NCBI GenBank assembly: GCA_964385645.1
Contig: CAYLPT010000139.1
Location: 1 to 52,001, forward strand
Reading direction: 5' to 3'
DNA from: an uncultured bacterium
GTDB taxonomy: Bacteria; Armatimonadota; Hebobacteria; Hebobacterales; Hebobacteraceae
DNA: 52,001 nt
In this document: positions 45,495-52,001 of the stretch, piece after piece
Layout of the letters: every line of letters starts with the position of its first letter
How positions within the stretch are numbered: position 1 is the first letter of the stretch
The notes under the pieces: generated by a model
Told to the model about the DNA's origin: nothing
Seen by the model: only the letters and a program-made list of their open reading frames with translations
Database searches by the model: none
Program-made: the position numbers and the translations under genes

Positions 45495-46435
45495 CGCTGC
45501 CCCCCGTTGGGCAACGAGGGATCGTAGATGGGTCTCTCCATGGGCCGCGTTCGCAGGGTGCCAGCCTTGAGCTGCTCGACGCGGTCCCGTGCTATCTCCA
45601 CATACACGGGTTCGACGTCGCACCCGTACCCGACCCGGCCATGCTTCATAGCGGCCAGCAGTGCTGAGCCCACTCCCATGTAGGGATCAAGCACGCAGTC
45701 CCCAGGGTCCGTTAGCGCAAGCACGAGCCGCTCGATAAGTTCGACCGGAAACTGGCACGGGTGGATCGTCTTCTCAACATGGTTGGCCTTGACATTGGGT
45801 ATCAGCCACACGTCGCCCGGGTTCTTCCCCAGCGGATTACACGAGAGCTTGCCTGCATTGGGCCCCTTGAAGTGCTTCTTCATCGGGTACTTGGGCGGCA
45901 CGCGGATAGGGTCCAAGTTGAACGTGTAGCGGCTGCCCCTAGTAAACCAGATGATAGTCTCATACCTCCCCGACAGGCGACGAGAGCAGTGAAGGCCGTG
46001 CTCGAAATGCCAGATGATCCGGTTCCGCAGCTTGAGCCCATGTTCCTTGAAGATTGGATACAGCAGCACATCCAGGGGAACCACCTCACCGTCGGAGGTG
46101 ATGTGATTCCCGACCTGCCAGCAGATGGAGCCCTCAGGGTGTAGCAGCCTCACGCACTCCCGGACGACAGCCCGCTGCTCATCCAGGTAGCGCTCCAGCG
46201 AGTTGCGACGTTCATATGGCTTCCCGATGTTATACGGCGGTGATGTAACCACTAGCTTGATCGTGCCGTCAGCGAGGCCCGGGAGAAACTCCCTGTTGTC
46301 GCGACACTCGATCACCGGTTCGGGTAGATCTGTCGGCACCTGGATCAGACGGGGCTGCACCCCCCATCTACGGGGTGACGCGGTAGGCCCACCGCTCAGC
46401 GGCAACCGCCTCCCGCCGGGATGGTGGTGACTCAT
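45491..46435 (-). CDS. beta-class DNA methyltransferase (N4-cytosine/N6-adenine family, SPPY motif suggests m4C)
   Basis: Motif IV IKLVVTSPPYNIGKPY lies N-terminal to motif I CVLDPYMGVGSALLAA. ATG 46435 follows GGAGAG. The track ORF extends to 46555 across the secA stop. Confidence 0.88.
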   Translation of the reverse strand: MSHHHPGGRRLPLSGGPTASPRRWGVQPRLIQVPTDLPEPVIECRDNREFLPGLADGTIKLVVTSPPYNIGKPYERRNSLERYLDEQRAVVRECVRLLHPEGSICWQVGNHITSDGEVVPLDVLLYPIFKEHGLKLRNRIIWHFEHGLHCSRRLSGRYETIIWFTRGSRYTFNLDPIRVPPKYPMKKHFKGPNAGKLSCNPLGKNPGDVWLIPNVKANHVEKTIHPCQFPVELIERLVLALTDPGDCVLDPYMGVGSALLAAMKHGRVGYGCDVEPVYVEIARDRVEQLKAGTLRTRPMERPIYDPSLPNGGQR

Positions 46436-46535
46436 GTGTGCTCTCCGGCCCCTGCGCATCCCGCTCCTCCCTCGGGTCACACCGACTCCCCGCGGCGTCT
46501 GTCTGCGGCCTCCTTCGGCACCGCCCCTCCTCGCC

Positions 46536-49901
<3,366 letters not shown>

Positions 49902-49917
49902 CTGTCCCCTGAGTGCA

Positions 49918-49939
49918 GGGAGGCCGCAGCCGGCCTCCC
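49918..49939 (-). promoter_or_regulatory. perfect 8-bp hairpin in the secA 5' leader
   Basis: The mRNA reads GGGAGGCC-GGCUGC-GGCCUCCC. It lies between the predicted -10 and the start codon. Confidence 0.4.
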
Positions 49940-49947
49940 GCCACACG

Positions 49948-49976
49948 ATTATACCACGCGGCGCGCAGCCTGTCAG
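49948..49976 (-). promoter_or_regulatory. secA promoter CTGACA-N17-(TGg)TATAAT
   Basis: The minus strand has CTGACA (49976-49971) and TGGTATAAT ending at 49948. Confidence 0.5.
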
Positions 49977-50141
49977 GCGCAAGCGAGCGCGGGCCGAGCC
50001 TGAACCGGCGCCCGCGCCGCCGATCACCTACCACTTCGGGCCTCAGGGCCCGAGCCCGCGCCGCCCCGCAGGAGGCAGGCCCGCTGGCGCAGAATCGGCG
50101 GCCTCGCCGGTTCGCAGCCTGGCAGCGGGGGAGGAGGCCCG

Positions 50142-51476
50142 ATGGCAAGTGGCCCAACGATCACCCTCATCGGCGCGGGGAGCCTCACCTTTACACCCAA
50201 GGTGCTGCGCGATGTCATCAACCACCCGGAGCTGCGGCCGCTGACGCTCCGGCTCATGGATATTGACGCCGAGCACCTGGGCACCATGTCGCGGCTCGCC
50301 GAGCGGCTCTTTGCCCGCCTGGACAAGCCCGTCTCGGTCGAGGCCACCACCGACCGCAGGGAGGCGCTCCGAGGCGCCGACTACGTGATCGTCTCGGTGG
50401 AGGTGGAGCGCTACTCGCTCTGGAGGCAAGACTTCGAGGTGCCGAAGAAGCACGGCATCCGGCAGGTCATGGGCGAGCTGGGCGGCCCCGGGGGGCTGTT
50501 CCACTCGCTGCGGCAGATCCCGCTCCATGTGGAGATCGCCCGCGACGCCGCCGCGCTCTGCCCCGCGGCCACCATCATGGTCGAGTCCAATCCGCTGAAT
50601 CGGCTCTGCCTCGCCATGCGGCGCCACTCCGAGTGCGGCCCCATCGTTGGGCTCTGCCACGGGGTCGAGATAGTGCAGCACGCCATCGGCGAGCTGCTGG
50701 GCTTCGCCTGCGAGGACATCCAGACCACCGCCGCGGGCATCAACCACTTCACCTGGGTGCTCGACCTGCGCCTGAAGGCCACCGGCGAGGACCTCTACCC
50801 GCGGTTCCGGGAGGCGCTTCAGACTCACGATCCGGGCTGGGAGCCCTTGTCCCGCAAGCTCCTCGACGTCTTCGGCTACTACCCCTCCCCGGGCGACGCC
50901 CACATCGGCGAGTACCTGCCCTACGCGTGGGAGCTGTGCGGGCTGAAGGGCCCACCCCTGGACCAGTGGGAGCAGGGCGCGCCGGAGCGCTGGGCCTACC
51001 TCGACCGGCTGGCCCGAGGGGAGGAGGCCGAGGCGCCCTCAGAGGCGGAGCAAGAGCAGGAGGAGCTCAAGCTCAGGGAGTTCTTCGGCCCCCGCTCGTG
51101 GACGGATACGCTCGCCTTACCGATCATCGCCGCGCTGGAGACCAGCACCCTCCGGCGGATGGCGGCCGTTAACCTGCTCAACGAGGGGGCGATCATGAAT
51201 CTGCCGCCCGATGTGTTCGTCGAGCTTCCGGCCCTCGCCGACGGCTCCGGGCTGCACGCGCTGCATATAGGCGAGCTCCCGCGGCCTCTCGCCGCGCTCT
51301 GCCGCCGCGATATCGAGCAGATGGAGCTCACCGTCGAGGCGGCGGTGACAGGCCGGCGCGACCTGGCGCTTCAGGCGATGCTGCTGGACCCGGTGGTGGA
51401 CAGCATCGCCGCCGCCGAGCGGATCCTGGATGAGATGCTCAGGTCGCAGGCGCAGTACCTGCCCCAGTTCGCCTGA
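50142..51476 (+). CDS. glycoside hydrolase family 4 (NAD/Mn-dependent alpha-glucosidase/galactosidase-like)
   Basis: ITLIGAGSLTFTPKVL N-terminal Rossmann fold, VESNPLN and AGINHFTW blocks. ATG follows GGGGGAGGAGG. Confidence 0.82.
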   Translation: MASGPTITLIGAGSLTFTPKVLRDVINHPELRPLTLRLMDIDAEHLGTMSRLAERLFARLDKPVSVEATTDRREALRGADYVIVSVEVERYSLWRQDFEVPKKHGIRQVMGELGGPGGLFHSLRQIPLHVEIARDAAALCPAATIMVESNPLNRLCLAMRRHSECGPIVGLCHGVEIVQHAIGELLGFACEDIQTTAAGINHFTWVLDLRLKATGEDLYPRFREALQTHDPGWEPLSRKLLDVFGYYPSPGDAHIGEYLPYAWELCGLKGPPLDQWEQGAPERWAYLDRLARGEEAEAPSEAEQEQEELKLREFFGPRSWTDTLALPIIAALETSTLRRMAAVNLLNEGAIMNLPPDVFVELPALADGSGLHALHIGELPRPLAALCRRDIEQMELTVEAAVTGRRDLALQAMLLDPVVDSIAAAERILDEMLRSQAQYLPQFA

Positions 51477-51535
51477 GCCGGCGGCCAAGGACCTAACCTG
51501 CCAGAGCCTCCGACGGCCCCGGTACGGCGCGCCCG

Positions 51536-51564
51536 TTGACACGTCCTGTTTTTCACACTAGTAT
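51536..51564 (+). promoter_or_regulatory. promoter TTGACA-N17-TAGTAT of the AbrB-family gene
   Basis: TTGACA at 51536-51541 and TAGTAT at 51559-51564. The -10 is flanked by direct repeats TGTTTTTCACAC and TGTTTCACAC. Confidence 0.6.
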
Positions 51565-51623
51565 GTTTCACACGGGGTAGAATGTCGGGCGAGGGCAACC
51601 TTGGGGACCGCGGGAGCGTAGAC

Positions 51624-51884
51624 ATGAGCAGAGCGGAGGGCAGACCGTCGGTCTCCGAGCTCTTCTATGGCTCGGTGACCATGGGCGAGCGGGGGCAGGT
51701 GGTGATCCCTGCGGCGGCCCGCAAGCAGCACGGTCTGCAGCCCGGTGACAAGCTGCTGGTGTTTGCCCACCCGCACATGTGCGGGTTGATGCTGGCGCGG
51801 CTAGAGGACATCCGGGCGCTGCTGGCCGAGCTGGAGCAGTGGCGAGAGCTCGTCTCCGGCATGGCCGCGGATGCTGACGACTAG
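51624..51884 (+). CDS. AbrB/MazE/SpoVT-family DNA-binding protein
   Basis: GSVTMGERGQVVIPAAARKQHGLQPGDKLLVF is a looped-hinge-helix (SpoVT-AbrB) domain. ATG 51624 follows GGGAG. The alternative start is ATG 51582 (track ORF). Confidence 0.75.
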   Translation: MSRAEGRPSVSELFYGSVTMGERGQVVIPAAARKQHGLQPGDKLLVFAHPHMCGLMLARLEDIRALLAELEQWRELVSGMAADADD

Positions 51885-51918
51885 GCCGCCGATGAGGGCA
51901 GGGAGAGGGAGAGATCGC

Positions 51919-52001
51919 ATGTGGCGATGGGCGTCGCTGATGTTGCTCTTGCTCGCGCTGGCGCTGGTCTTGGGGCTGGCCGGGGGGTGTGGGCGCTCCG
52001 C
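51919..52001 (+). CDS. putative lipoprotein, first 27 codons only
   Basis: ATG 51919 follows GGGAGAGGGAGAG. MWRWASLMLLLLALALVLGLAGGCGRS has a signal peptide with an LAGGC lipobox. Runs off the right edge. Confidence 0.5.
   Translation, partial: MWRWASLMLLLLALALVLGLAGGCGRS

Noticed and set aside
51582-52001. AbrB/MazE-like gene as the antitoxin of a toxin-antitoxin pair
   Set aside because: The downstream gene starts with a lipoprotein signal peptide and not a MazF/PIN/Doc-type toxin. It also lies 34 nt away with its own SD.

Overview
52-kb stretch of a very GC-rich bacterial chromosome. Hand counts of single 60-nt lines give about 73 % G+C in ordinary genes. About 47 genes are packed tightly, many joined by 4-nt ATGA/GTGA overlaps. 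Nearly everything is core housekeeping. Left minus-strand block: murJ-lepA-hemW plus a secreted protein running off the left edge. Plus-strand run: hisF, a GH5-like glycosidase, cysK and a URO-D-family gene, then a tight string of comEC (split in two), folP, folK, a PilC/GspF-like gene, panC, panD and hslU. Next comes a minus-strand glycan and lipid-carrier locus (GT2, polytopic membrane protein, polyprenyl-P sugar transferase, geranylgeranyl-reductase-like flavoprotein, PMM, ManC) headed by tRNA-Leu(CAG). After it: tatA, cspA, a coupled mtaD-ykgJ-gfo operon behind a 1177-aa secreted multidomain protein, mtnA, and a zinc-ribbon GspF-like gene with a thioesterase. Right minus-strand block: secA, an R-M pair, prfB, a 5'-nucleotidase-C protein, PBP1A and an M50 protease. 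The window ends with a GH4 glycosidase, an AbrB-type regulator and a partial lipoprotein. Gene order (lepA-hemW, folP-folK, panC-panD, secA-prfB) resembles Bacillus/Clostridia-type genomes, so a high-GC Firmicute-like lineage is plausible; this is inference only. The only clearly accessory DNA is a low-GC BglII/BstYI-like Type II restriction-modification cassette inserted between secA and prfB. I see no CRISPR array, transposase, integrase, reverse transcriptase or prophage, and I cannot point to a convincing new multi-gene system. The best candidates for follow-up are the R-M insertion, the reductase-containing glycan locus, two orphan GspF/PilC-like platform proteins (one fused to a zinc ribbon, one sitting with comEC inside a vitamin operon), the mtaD-ykgJ-gfo operon and the giant secreted protein. 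prfB carries the classical programmed +1 frameshift. Several near-consensus sigma-70-type promoters stand out as AT-rich hexamers, and two genes look leaderless. All homology calls rest on motifs read by eye and remembered family signatures. Start codons were chosen from SD, promoter and N-terminus logic. The many long antisense ORFs in the track are high-GC shadows.
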